Assembly: GCA_963700985.1 (NCBI GenBank) | Contig: OY969554.1 | Span: forward strand, 1,312,001-1,376,000 | Direction of reading: 5' to 3' | DNA from: an uncultured Chlamydiales bacterium | GTDB taxonomy: Bacteria > Chlamydiota > Chlamydiia > Chlamydiales > Rhabdochlamydiaceae | Length of the DNA stretch: 64,000 nucleotides | In this document: in pieces, positions 41,796 to 51,221 of the stretch | How positions within the stretch are numbered: position 1 is the first letter of the stretch | Layout: each line of letters starts with the position of its first letter | Position numbers and translations under genes: made by a program | Notes under the pieces: model-generated | The model's database searches: none | The model's input: only the letters and a program-made list of their open reading frames with translations | What the model was told of the DNA's origin: nothing

Positions 41796-42440
41796 ATGAG
41801 CTATGATAAACGCGTGGAAAGATTTGAGAATGACAAGAGCAAAGAGTGGTCCCTTCCACCCGTTCAACGCATTGAGCGAGATAAAAAATCAGAAAAAGAT
41901 CTCCCTCCAGGCGAGAAAAAAGAACGCGCAGATCAAGCACTGCTCTTTGCGGCGCTGGCAGTTTACGCCAAAAAATTTTTAAACCTGTTCTCCTCGAAGG
42001 AAAATCTGCAGGCAGCTTTGGTGGATCGAAAACAGATTCTAGAAGATTTACGCAGCTTTAAAAAGCTACTTGAACAGCTGATCCGCGAAGACTTAAGTCG
42101 GGTGTCTCTTTTCACGCGCCAGTTTTCGGACCTCTGGTATCGGCTTATTGAAGATCTAAAAAGAATTGAGGAATATGAAAAAGGCAAGCCCGTGCTTGGA
42201 TCTGAACTCAAACGAATGCTCGAAACAGTCGGCAACTTTCCGCCAGCTTCCGATCATCCTTTGGGCTATTATCTGACAAAACACGTAGGAGAAGAGTGGC
42301 TACCCTTTCCTTTTATGGATATTCTTTCACTTCTTCATAAAGAACATATACAGAATCAAAAACGCAGCGTACTTAGTGCTTGGCTTGCACTTATTCAAAA
42401 TGTCCAGACCGCAATCGAGAATAATCCCAATCAACTTTAG
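41796..42440 (+). CDS. Hypothetical protein
   Basis: 214-aa helical ORF filling the uhpC-msrB gap; no recognised motif. Confidence 0.6.
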   Translation: MSYDKRVERFENDKSKEWSLPPVQRIERDKKSEKDLPPGEKKERADQALLFAALAVYAKKFLNLFSSKENLQAALVDRKQILEDLRSFKKLLEQLIREDLSRVSLFTRQFSDLWYRLIEDLKRIEEYEKGKPVLGSELKRMLETVGNFPPASDHPLGYYLTKHVGEEWLPFPFMDILSLLHKEHIQNQKRSVLSAWLALIQNVQTAIENNPNQL

Positions 42441-42464
42441 CTACGCTTAGTTTTTGATTACAAA

Positions 42465-42878
42465 TTACTTAGGCAAAAAGAGTAGTGCGGTTGAATTCAT
42501 GCAATAGCGCTTACCACTCGGAGGAGGTCCATCGTCAAAGACATGGCCGAGATGGCCATCACAACGCGCGCAAAGAACTTCCGTGCGTTTGCTGAAAAGC
42601 GCAAAATCGTCGTGATAAGTTACGTTTTCTGGGCAAATAGGCTGTGTAAAGCTAGGCCAACCCGTGCCTGAGTCATACTTCGCTTCAGAGCTAAAAAGAG
42701 GCAGGTCGCACCCTGCACACACATAGAGGCCTTTTTCTTTCCAGCTGGCAAACTTGTTACCAAAGGCAGGCTCAGTCCCTTTTTTGCGTAAAACTTTAAA
42801 CTGCTCGGGCAAAAGTCGTTCTTTCCACGCATTTTCGGATAAAAGGAGCTTCTTTCCGTCAAAACGATAGTCAGGCAT
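42465..42878 (-). CDS. msrB: Methionine-R-sulfoxide reductase
   Basis: GTEPAF, CxxC, SGTGWPSF, HLGHVF.DGP, RYCMNS. Confidence 0.96.
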   Translation of the reverse strand: MPDYRFDGKKLLLSENAWKERLLPEQFKVLRKKGTEPAFGNKFASWKEKGLYVCAGCDLPLFSSEAKYDSGTGWPSFTQPICPENVTYHDDFALFSKRTEVLCARCDGHLGHVFDDGPPPSGKRYCMNSTALLFLPK

Positions 42879-42958
42879 CTATCCTCCACGAGCTATTAGC
42901 TCTAAGCAACAACGCTCTTTACTGTATATATATGAGGTCCTATAATTTTTTCTCTATG

Positions 42959-43120
42959 AACCTATCCGAATAAAGGCTCTGGATGAGATTTTGGAATGGT
43001 TTGAGGTGGATTTTGAAGCGCCGACTGAAGACAATATTGAGAATAATATGGCTGAAGAAGGGGCTTCAAAAGGCACCCAAAGCAGCCAAAAGGTCTCCAG
43101 AGAGCTTATTAGGATAGGTT
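42959..43120. mobile_element. Palindromic MITE/RPE-like element upstream of hisS
   Basis: 25-bp imperfect terminal inverted repeats AACCTATCCGAATAAAGGCTCTGGA / TCCAGAGAGCTTATTAGGATAGGTT plus nested internal pairing (TTTTGAAGC/GCTTCAAAA, GGTG/CACC, TTTTGG/CCAAAA). Confidence 0.65.
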
Positions 43121-43122
43121 AA

Positions 43123-44424
43123 ATGGATTATACAATTCCGAAAGGTCTCTATGACATTTTGCCAGAAGAGACTGACCCTGAAGCTGTTTGGCGCACCTCA
43201 GATAAGTGGCATTACGTCGAAAAAGTAATGCGCGAAACGGCACTTCTCTATGGCTTTAAAGAGATGCGCACGCCTATGTTTGAGCGCACTGAGCTCTTTG
43301 TGCGGGGTGTAGGCGAATCTTCCGATATCGTCTCAAAGGAAATGTATACTTTTCTCGATAAGGGCGAGCGCTCCATGACTTTGCGTCCTGAAGGGACTGC
43401 GGCAGTTTTGCGCGCCTTTGTTGAAAATAAACTCTCCGAGCTCCCTTCACTACATAAATTCTTCTACATTGGCCCGATGTTCCGTTATGAACGGCCGCAA
43501 GCAGGCAGATATCGCCAGCACTATCAATTTGGTGCGGAAGCTATCGGCATTTCAAAGCCTGAACAAGATGTAGAAATGATCGATTTTCTCTGCGAGATCT
43601 ACCGCAAGCTTGGCCTTAAAAACCTGCTGGTTATGATCAATAGCGTTGGAGATGAGCAATCAAGAGAAGAGTATCGAAAAAAACTCACCGAATATTTAAC
43701 TCCACATTTTGCCGAGCTTTCCGCTGATAGTCAGGTGCGCTTTACTAAAAACATCCTGCGCATTCTCGATTCGAAAGATCTCAAAGATCAGAAACTGCTA
43801 GAGGGCGCCCCATCTATTCTCGACATGTTGAGCCAAGAAAGCCGCGAACACTTTGAACAGGTGCAAGTGCTACTCAGAAAATTAGGCATTCCTTTTGTGG
43901 TAAACCACAAACTGGTGCGTGGCTTAGATTATTACAACAAAACTGTATTTGAAATTCTCTCTTCTGAATTGGGCGCGCATAACACGATCGGTGCCGGCGG
44001 AAGATATGACGGTCTCATCGCAGATCTCGGTGGGCCTAACCTTCCATCAGTCGGCTTTGCCACAGGTATTGAACGCATCCTTCAAACCATGACCCGTCAA
44101 ACCGCCCCTTTTCCTGCTCCTCCGCATCCTCTAGTATTTATCATCAGTTTGGGCCAGGCAGCTTATAATTACTGCTTTGAACTACTGACCTCTCTGCGCC
44201 ATGCAGGCATAGCAGCCGAAATAGACTTATCTGGGAAAAAGCTGCAACACGGGCTTCAGCTTGCAAACGCAACGCGCGCCAGATATGCTCTTGTGATCGG
44301 AGATAGTGAGCTTGCTGCACAAGAAGCCAGCCTGAAAGATATGGCTACACGTGAAAATAGCAGCATAAAGCTAAGCGAGCTGCGTAGCAGACTGATGGAG
44401 TTAAATCAGGTTGAAAATGTTTGA
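43123..44424 (+). CDS. hisS: Histidyl-tRNA synthetase
   Basis: LRPEGTA, FRYERPQAGRYRQ, LVRGLDYY, GGRYDGL. Confidence 0.98.
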   Translation: MDYTIPKGLYDILPEETDPEAVWRTSDKWHYVEKVMRETALLYGFKEMRTPMFERTELFVRGVGESSDIVSKEMYTFLDKGERSMTLRPEGTAAVLRAFVENKLSELPSLHKFFYIGPMFRYERPQAGRYRQHYQFGAEAIGISKPEQDVEMIDFLCEIYRKLGLKNLLVMINSVGDEQSREEYRKKLTEYLTPHFAELSADSQVRFTKNILRILDSKDLKDQKLLEGAPSILDMLSQESREHFEQVQVLLRKLGIPFVVNHKLVRGLDYYNKTVFEILSSELGAHNTIGAGGRYDGLIADLGGPNLPSVGFATGIERILQTMTRQTAPFPAPPHPLVFIISLGQAAYNYCFELLTSLRHAGIAAEIDLSGKKLQHGLQLANATRARYALVIGDSELAAQEASLKDMATRENSSIKLSELRSRLMELNQVENV

Positions 44425-46201
44425 TTATCGCCGAACCCATACATGCGGAGAGCTCACCGAAGCGCAGAGCGGAAAAGAAGTTACCCTTTCTGGTTGGGTA
44501 AATCGTCGGCGCGATCATGGAAATCTCATTTTCATCGACTTGCGCGACCGATTCGGAATCACGCAGTTAGTCTTCGATCCAACCAAAGATCAAAATCTAC
44601 ATGAAAAAGCTTCCAAGCTTCGATCTGAGTGGGTGCTTTCGATTAAAGGGATCGTCTCTCCTCGTGCTACGAGCATGATCAATTCACGTCTTCACACGGG
44701 CATGATCGAAATTCTAGCCAAAGAGATGGAAATCCTCTCTTCGGCTAAAACTCCACCTTTTTCGATTTGTGATGAAGAGATCAACGTCAATGAAGAGCTG
44801 CGCCTCAAATATCGTTACCTAGATATTCGACGAGGCCATATCGCTAAAAACCTCGCTCTGCGCCATAAAGCCATGCTAGTCACGCGTAATTATCTAGATA
44901 AAAATGGCTTCATGGAAATCACCACGCCTATATTAGCAAAATCCACTCCGGAAGGCGCGCGCGACTATCTCGTGCCCTCGCGTATCTATCCTGGAAATTT
45001 CTTTGCTCTTCCTCAATCACCACAGATCTTTAAGCAGCTTTTCATGGTGTCTGGAATGGATCGCTATTTCCAAATCGCTCAATGTTTTCGCGATGAAGAT
45101 TTAAGAGCTGATCGGCAGCCTGAATTTACCCAGATCGACTTAGAGATGAGCTTCGGAAAGCCAGAAGATCTAATGCACCTTTTGGAAGGGTTAGTTAAAA
45201 GTCTCTTCAAAGAATGTGTCGGCATAGACGTCTCTTCTCCATTTCTTAAAATGTCTCATAAAGAATGCGTCGAGCGTTATGGCAGTGACAGACCAGATTT
45301 GCGGTTTGCTATGCCATTATTTAGATTAGATGATATTGCACAGCGCTCCTCTTTTGCAGTTTTCAAGCAGGTTCTTTCCGAAGGGGGCATCATCAAAGCT
45401 CTATGCGTTAAAGGCGGCGCGGAGATTTCGCGCAAAGAGATCGACGGTTACACTGACTTTGTCACGCCTTTGGGAGTAGGCGGGCTTGCCTGGTTGAAAA
45501 AGCAGCCCGAAGGTTTGACTTCAAATATTGCCAAATTTTTTAGCGACGAGCTCCTGAAAGAACTCGAAAAACGCGCTGATGCCGAAACAGGCGATCTTAT
45601 CTTCATTGTAGCAGGCCCCGAAGATAGAGCTAACGTCGCTCTCGATCACTTGAGGCGACGCATTGCAAAAGATCGCAATCTGATTAAGCCAGATGACTTA
45701 AAATTTTTGTGGGTGACCGAGTTCCCGCTCTTCCGTTGGGATGCAGATGAAAGAAAAATCGATAGCGAGCACAATCCATTTACCTCACCGCATTTCGATG
45801 ATTTGGAGCTTTTAGATAAGGAACCTCTCAAAGTGCGCTCACTCGCTTACGACTTAGTTTTAAATGGCTATGAAATCGGCGGAGGTGCTCAACGTATCCA
45901 CAATGGTGAACTGCAAGAAAAAATCTTCAAAATTTTGAGCCTGACTCCTGAAGAGATTCATGGCAAATTCGGCTTCTTCGTCGAAGCGCTTAAATATGGC
46001 ACGCCGCCTCATTTAGGGTTGGCATTCGGCCTAGACCGCATCGTGATGCTTCTGGCTAAAACTGACAATATCCGAGATGTGATCGCTTTTCCAAAGACAC
46101 AAAAAGCCAGTGACCTCATGATGCAATGTCCCTCTCAAGTAACCGAGAAACAATTAAAAGAGCTTAACATTCAAACTAAACCAGTGGAGATTACCTGGTA
46201 A
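44417..46201 (+). CDS. aspS: Aspartyl-tRNA synthetase
   Basis: RTHTCGEL, STPEGARDYLVP, FRDEDLRADRQPEFTQ, GTPPH.G.AFGLDR. Confidence 0.98.
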   Translation: MFDYRRTHTCGELTEAQSGKEVTLSGWVNRRRDHGNLIFIDLRDRFGITQLVFDPTKDQNLHEKASKLRSEWVLSIKGIVSPRATSMINSRLHTGMIEILAKEMEILSSAKTPPFSICDEEINVNEELRLKYRYLDIRRGHIAKNLALRHKAMLVTRNYLDKNGFMEITTPILAKSTPEGARDYLVPSRIYPGNFFALPQSPQIFKQLFMVSGMDRYFQIAQCFRDEDLRADRQPEFTQIDLEMSFGKPEDLMHLLEGLVKSLFKECVGIDVSSPFLKMSHKECVERYGSDRPDLRFAMPLFRLDDIAQRSSFAVFKQVLSEGGIIKALCVKGGAEISRKEIDGYTDFVTPLGVGGLAWLKKQPEGLTSNIAKFFSDELLKELEKRADAETGDLIFIVAGPEDRANVALDHLRRRIAKDRNLIKPDDLKFLWVTEFPLFRWDADERKIDSEHNPFTSPHFDDLELLDKEPLKVRSLAYDLVLNGYEIGGGAQRIHNGELQEKIFKILSLTPEEIHGKFGFFVEALKYGTPPHLGLAFGLDRIVMLLAKTDNIRDVIAFPKTQKASDLMMQCPSQVTEKQLKELNIQTKPVEITW

Positions 46202-47025
46202 TGAAAAATTTACACTTCGCACTATTTCTTTCCCCTTTACTCTGCTTTGCAGATGCAAACCCAGAGGTAGATCCTCTTGACGAGGAGTCCGTCCTAGCTC
46301 TTGAAGCTGCTATGGCTTCCGAAAAAAAAGCTGTAGTAACTGAAGAGAAATCTCAGGTAGACATCATAAAAATTTCTGAGGCTTTTGGCCATCTAATCGG
46401 CAAAAACATGGAAACTCTCGGCGTAAACTTTGACGTCGAACGCGTTGCCAAAGGAATTAAAGACTCTGCCGCTGGCAAAGAGTCTCCAATGTCAGAAGAA
46501 GAGTGCGTGCATGCACTCACGACTGTTCAGGAGCTTCTCTTCAAAAAGCAGTCTCAAGAAAACTTGAAAACTGCGGTTAATTTCCTCGATCAAAATGCTA
46601 AAGATAAAAGCGTGGTTGTCTTGCACGAAGGCAAGCTCCAATATAAAATTGAGAAAAATGGCATCGGTGCTGCGCTTGAAGCACATGCAGCTCCACTTAT
46701 TCGCTATGTAGGTAAATATCTAGACGGATCAGTATTTGGCGCTTCAAAAGAAGAAGAATCCCTCTCTCTTGATGAGACGATTGCGGGGATCCAAGAAGGC
46801 TTAATCGGCATGAAAGAGGGCGAAAAGCGCGTGCTATATATCCATCCAGATTTGGCCTATGGCACAAGCGGTCTTTTACCGCCTAACTCTCTGCTAACTT
46901 TCGAAGTTGAACTCGTGAAAGCCAATGCTGTTAACCCGGAAAATGCTCCATCTATTTCTCCTGTTAACGAGCTTGAGAACTTGCAAGAGATCGCAACCCC
47001 TGAAAAACGAGAAGCCATCCGCTAA
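46201..47025 (+). CDS. mip: FKBP-type peptidyl-prolyl isomerase Mip
   Basis: ISEAFGHLIG, YVGKYLDGSVF, IHPDLAYG, PPNSLLTFEVEL. Confidence 0.9.
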   Translation: MKNLHFALFLSPLLCFADANPEVDPLDEESVLALEAAMASEKKAVVTEEKSQVDIIKISEAFGHLIGKNMETLGVNFDVERVAKGIKDSAAGKESPMSEEECVHALTTVQELLFKKQSQENLKTAVNFLDQNAKDKSVVVLHEGKLQYKIEKNGIGAALEAHAAPLIRYVGKYLDGSVFGASKEEESLSLDETIAGIQEGLIGMKEGEKRVLYIHPDLAYGTSGLLPPNSLLTFEVELVKANAVNPENAPSISPVNELENLQEIATPEKREAIR

Positions 47026-47029
47026 CACT

Positions 47030-47476
47030 GTGGAGATTATTCTATTTCAGCCCCAGATCCCACAAAACACCGGCAATATTGTCCGAACATGCGCTGTCAC
47101 TGGCAGCGCACTCACTCTGGTGCGCCCGCTAGGATTTAGCACATCTGCACGCATGCTAAAGCGCGCTGGGTTGGATTATTGGGAAAATGTCACTGTAAAC
47201 CTCATCGATAATCTGGTCGATTATCTTGAGAACACCTCTAAAGCGTTCTACTTTTTTTCTAGCCACGCTAAGCAGCCTTATACCGAAGCCAGCTACTCTT
47301 CTGACGATTTATTAATTTTTGGCTCGGAAACCGCTGGTCTTCCCGCACTGTTTCGTGAGCGCTGGCCAGAGTGTTTTCGTACAATTCCCATGCGCAAAAA
47401 TAACCGTTGCCTCAATCTTTCTAATGCCGTCTCTGTCGTAATATACGAGGCATGGCGCCAACAACAATTTGTATAG
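47030..47476 (+). CDS. trmL: tRNA (cytidine/uridine-34-2'-O)-methyltransferase
   Basis: PQIPQNTGNIVRTC, KRAGLDYW, FGSETAGLP, LNLSNAV; GTG start. Confidence 0.93.
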   Translation: MEIILFQPQIPQNTGNIVRTCAVTGSALTLVRPLGFSTSARMLKRAGLDYWENVTVNLIDNLVDYLENTSKAFYFFSSHAKQPYTEASYSSDDLLIFGSETAGLPALFRERWPECFRTIPMRKNNRCLNLSNAVSVVIYEAWRQQQFV

Positions 47477-47488
47477 TCGGATAGATTC

Positions 47489-49621
47489 ATGACCTTCTCT
47501 CTTCCCCTTCAAATGCTCTTTGCCTCTCTACTTGGAATTGGAGTGGGTATTTTCTTTGGTGAGTCTTGTGAAGTCTTTGCCCGTTGGGGTAATGCCTACA
47601 TCATGCTCATGAAAATCACCATTCTCCCTTACTTAATTTGCGCCATCATTCATGGAGTGGGAAGATTTCAAGCAGCTCAAGCCAAAACAATTCTCAAAAA
47701 AGGGATTTTATTTATTGCGATCGCATGGGTAATTAACATCGCCATGATCTACTTAACAGTTTATGCGTTTCCTCAACCCAGTGGCGAGCAGCTCGGCAGT
47801 TTTATTAGTGAAAAGCCCCCTGCTATCGATCTAGCTAAAATGTTGATTCCCGAAAATATCTTCTTTGCTCTGAGCCACAATATTGTACCGGCCATCGTCA
47901 TCTTCTCGCTTCTCATCGGCATTGCGCTGATCAATCTCCCAGAAAAGCAAGCGATGATGGATTTTTTAGGCGTTTTTGTAGCCGCCCTCACGCGTATTAC
48001 CATATGGATTGCTAAGATCACACCCATAGGAACATTCCTCATCATTGCCTATCAGGTGGGCACAACCGATCTTGCCACCGTTAAACAGGTAGGAAGCTAT
48101 CTCTTTCTCTACCTGCTGACGTTAGGATTCATCATCTTTTGGATTTTCCCGAGACTGACTAGTTCACTGACCACGCTTAGCTCCTATGCATGGATTAAAG
48201 ACCTCTTTCCGATTCTATTACTGGCTTATACAGCGAACACCGTGATCGTCTGCCTGCCATATATTATTCAATTATTAGAAAGAGAAACGAGCTTTTCCAA
48301 AGAAGCTCAGAGCCAAAATCAGGGCATTGTTTCAATTGTTTTTAACTTGCCTTTTGCCTCTCTTTTTATGACTGTTTTTGTCTTTTTCACCGCAGTGCTT
48401 TATCGTTCGCCACTTTCTTTGCTCGGACAGTTAGAGCTCTTTTTGACCACCTTCCTCACCAGCTTAGGCGCCATCGGTATTGGCTCATGGCTGAATAGTT
48501 TAACTTTCTTGCTAGATACACTCGGGTTGCCGCTCGATGCGCTAGATCTTTATCTCGTTACAATGCCCTTTACATCTGGGGTGCAGTCGATGCTGGCTGC
48601 AGTTGAGATTGCCTCCATCTCGCTTCTGATCACCCTTTCCTGTCAAAATCGCCTGCAGTTTAACTGGTCTAAGATCTTCAAAAGCGCGTTTATCACAGCT
48701 CTACCTGTTCTGCTCGTCTTCGCTGCAATTAAAAGCTCGCATCTTCTGCCCAAATTGGAAACAGAAGGCCAGACAATCTGTGATATGGCGATGCGCGAAG
48801 ATGTGCAGGTGAGGTTTTCGGGCGAGCTGCAAGCTGCGCGTCATTCCAAGGAAGATCCATTTGACCGTATTTTACGCACCAAGGTGCTACGCGTTGGCTA
48901 CAATCCTTCAACCATCCCTTTTTGTTTTTTTAATTCGCAAGGAAATCCAGTTGGATATGACATGGCCTTTGCTTTCGAGCTCGCCCATGATCTCGGATGC
49001 ACACTCGAGCTTGTGCCTATGGATTACAGCGAAGTCGCTAAGGAAGCGAATGAAGATCTCTTTGATGTAGGCATGTCTTCAATCTCGATCACTGAAGAAA
49101 GGTTAAAAGAAGGCGCTTTCACAACACCTTACATGCATGCAAAACTTGTTTTTGTGATCAATGATCGCCACAGAAAAGAGTTTTCCTCACTTGAATCTAT
49201 CCAAAAGAATCCGCATGTCAGAATTGCTGTGCTCAAGAACACCTCTTTTGTTTCTCTGGCTGAACGCCTCTTTCCAGGGAAAAAAATTGTGCAACTTGAG
49301 ACCGAAGATATGTTCACCGACCAGTCTGCAGATGTGCTTTTTTGGGGCGAGCAGGAAGCTATCTCTTGGGTGATTCGCCACCCTCATTATACGGTAATTT
49401 TTCCCACACCCTCACTGGGAGTAGATTCTTTTGGTTACCTTGTGCGCGGCAATGCTCCGCGCCTGCTCAATTTTCTCAATCAGTGGTTGGAACTTAAAAA
49501 GAACGAAGGCTTTACACAGCTGCAGTATGATCGTTGGATTCTGGGCAAAAAAGAAAGACCAGCTGATGCAGAGCATCGCTGGTCTCTAATGCAAGATGTC
49601 CTTCACTGGAAAAAGGATTAG
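47489..49621 (+). CDS. Dicarboxylate/amino acid:cation symporter fused to a periplasmic substrate-binding domain
   Basis: N-terminal SDF-like TM region (IPENIF.AL, TPIG.F) plus C-terminal SBP family 3 (LRVGY...PF.F, GYD..FA.ELA.DLG, ITEER). Confidence 0.85.
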   Translation: MTFSLPLQMLFASLLGIGVGIFFGESCEVFARWGNAYIMLMKITILPYLICAIIHGVGRFQAAQAKTILKKGILFIAIAWVINIAMIYLTVYAFPQPSGEQLGSFISEKPPAIDLAKMLIPENIFFALSHNIVPAIVIFSLLIGIALINLPEKQAMMDFLGVFVAALTRITIWIAKITPIGTFLIIAYQVGTTDLATVKQVGSYLFLYLLTLGFIIFWIFPRLTSSLTTLSSYAWIKDLFPILLLAYTANTVIVCLPYIIQLLERETSFSKEAQSQNQGIVSIVFNLPFASLFMTVFVFFTAVLYRSPLSLLGQLELFLTTFLTSLGAIGIGSWLNSLTFLLDTLGLPLDALDLYLVTMPFTSGVQSMLAAVEIASISLLITLSCQNRLQFNWSKIFKSAFITALPVLLVFAAIKSSHLLPKLETEGQTICDMAMREDVQVRFSGELQAARHSKEDPFDRILRTKVLRVGYNPSTIPFCFFNSQGNPVGYDMAFAFELAHDLGCTLELVPMDYSEVAKEANEDLFDVGMSSISITEERLKEGAFTTPYMHAKLVFVINDRHRKEFSSLESIQKNPHVRIAVLKNTSFVSLAERLFPGKKIVQLETEDMFTDQSADVLFWGEQEAISWVIRHPHYTVIFPTPSLGVDSFGYLVRGNAPRLLNFLNQWLELKKNEGFTQLQYDRWILGKKERPADAEHRWSLMQDVLHWKKD

Positions 49622-49947
49622 GTTTTTCCGCCTGAGAGGATAAACTGTTTAATGGTTTCAGCATCTCTGACACCCACGATGCGACCCGCTTCTTTGCCAT
49701 TATTCAACAGAATCAATGTTGGAATGGAGGTGACCTGATAAGTAGAGGCAATCCGTTGCGCTGCATCCACATCGATTTTGGCAATCCGCGCCTGACCTTT
49801 AACTTCTTGCGCCACTTTTTCAAGCACTGGGGTGAGCATACGGCATGGGCCGCACCAGTCTGCGTAGAAATCCACCAGCACTAAACCAGATTGTACGTCT
49901 TTTTCAAAGGTAGCTTCTGTAATTTTCTCTATGCCTTCGCCTGCCAT
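49618..49947 (-). CDS. trxA: Thioredoxin
   Basis: DFYADWCGPC, SIPTL; GGAGGA SD before ATG 49947. Confidence 0.97.
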   Translation of the reverse strand: MAGEGIEKITEATFEKDVQSGLVLVDFYADWCGPCRMLTPVLEKVAQEVKGQARIAKIDVDAAQRIASTYQVTSIPTLILLNNGKEAGRIVGVRDAETIKQFILSGGKT

Positions 49948-50053
49948 GAGTTCCTCCATTATTTATTTACAATATAAGGGATAAATCCGTTTTTCTTCTA
50001 GAGACAAATACGCTCCAAATGGTATTTTTTGTTCCCTATCTCAGTGTATTTCT

Positions 50054-50137
50054 GCGGCCATGGCGGAATTGGTAGACGCGCTAGATTCAGGTTCTAGTCA
50101 GGGCAACCTGGTGGATGTTCGAGTCATCTTGGCCGCA
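50054..50137 (+). tRNA. tRNA-Leu (anticodon CAG), CCA not encoded
   Basis: GCGGCCA/TGGCCGC acceptor stem, GGCGGAATTGGTAGACGC D arm, CTAGA-TTCAGGT-TCTAG anticodon arm, long variable arm, TTCGAGT T loop. Confidence 0.95.
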
Positions 50138-50195
50138 ATCCCCTCAAAGATCCAACATAAGCCTCCCATCCCTATATCTCCTCGAATATCTGAAC

Positions 50196-50368
50196 AAAAA
50201 GTAAAAACAGGATCCGCTGCGCTAGCAGGATCGACGCTGACGTGTCGGCAGGATGCGCAAGATAGAAAGGAAAAATTATTTCTTATCTTATCCTGATTTA
50301 CCCTGCCGCCGCCTCTTGTTGCAATTTGGCGGCGATCCTGCTAGCGCAGCGGATCCTGTTTTACTTTT
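50196..50368. repeat. Long inverted repeat (MITE/REP-like) downstream of tRNA-Leu(CAG)
   Basis: AAAAGTAAAA(A)CAGGATCCGCTGCGCTAGCAGGATCG at 50196-50233 and its reverse complement at 50333-50368. Confidence 0.8.
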
Positions 50369-50469
50369 CTTTGAGAAGATCGGATGCGTGACTATGCCCG
50401 ACTTTCGGTGATTTTCCTTTAAGTGAGTTTGAGGTTTAATGAAAATTAACCCCAACACTCGGAATTTGC

Positions 50470-51099
50470 ATGACCCCGTTTTCGATTGCGCTGGTTGCAA
50501 ATGGAAAGATCTCAAAATCTAAATTACTTCTCGAAAAAATCAAGGCTTATCCCTACCTCATCGCCGTAGACGGCGGGCTCAATCACTGCCATAAACTTGG
50601 GCTTAAACCCAACCTGATTATCGGAGATTTAGACTCAGCCCAAAAGAAGATCTTGTCTTCATTCGAAGATGTCTTAAAGCAGGTTTTTCCCGTTGATAAG
50701 GACAAAACCGATCTAGAACTCGCTATTGAACATGCGCTTAAATTAGGCGCTAAGCGCTTAACTGTTTTTGCAGCTCTCGGCGGAAGGGTCGATCACACAC
50801 TCGTCAATATCCATCTCCTCTCTCGCTACCCTGGAAAACTTTTTTTTGAAACCGAAAATGAGCTGCTCTTTGTGATTGATAAAAGCGTCGAGCTAGCTTG
50901 CATGCCAGGACAGACTATCTCTCTTTTGCCCTTAAATGGCCCTGCCACAAGCGTGACTACCCAGGGTTTAAAATGGGAACTCTCGGAAGCCACACTCGAC
51001 AAGCACTTCATGGGAATTTCTAATATCGCCCTTCAAAACAAGGTGCGTATCCAAGTCGCTCATGGCAACCTTCTATGTATACTTCTTAGCACTCCTTGA
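50470..51099 (+). CDS. thiN: Thiamine pyrophosphokinase
   Basis: IAVDGG, IIGDLDS, KDKTDLELAI, GGRVDH, GLKWEL, GISN. Confidence 0.93.
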   Translation: MTPFSIALVANGKISKSKLLLEKIKAYPYLIAVDGGLNHCHKLGLKPNLIIGDLDSAQKKILSSFEDVLKQVFPVDKDKTDLELAIEHALKLGAKRLTVFAALGGRVDHTLVNIHLLSRYPGKLFFETENELLFVIDKSVELACMPGQTISLLPLNGPATSVTTQGLKWELSEATLDKHFMGISNIALQNKVRIQVAHGNLLCILLSTP

Positions 51100-51221
51100 A
51101 ATTAACTCAGCTTTAATTATATAATAAAATTTATAATAACAAATTTAAAGAAAATATATTAGTTTAGATTTATTATATTACCAGAGATAATATCGCCCGT
51201 TTATAACAAAAAGGATAATAA

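Noticed and set aside
50060-50515. ORFs 50060-50296 and 50288-50515 sharing KTGSAALAGS
   Set aside because: Artefacts of the tRNA and the inverted repeat
51096-51125. TTGAAA-N18-TATAAT promoter-like match before the LRR array
   Set aside because: Plausible, but the spacer is so AT-rich that such matches arise by chance
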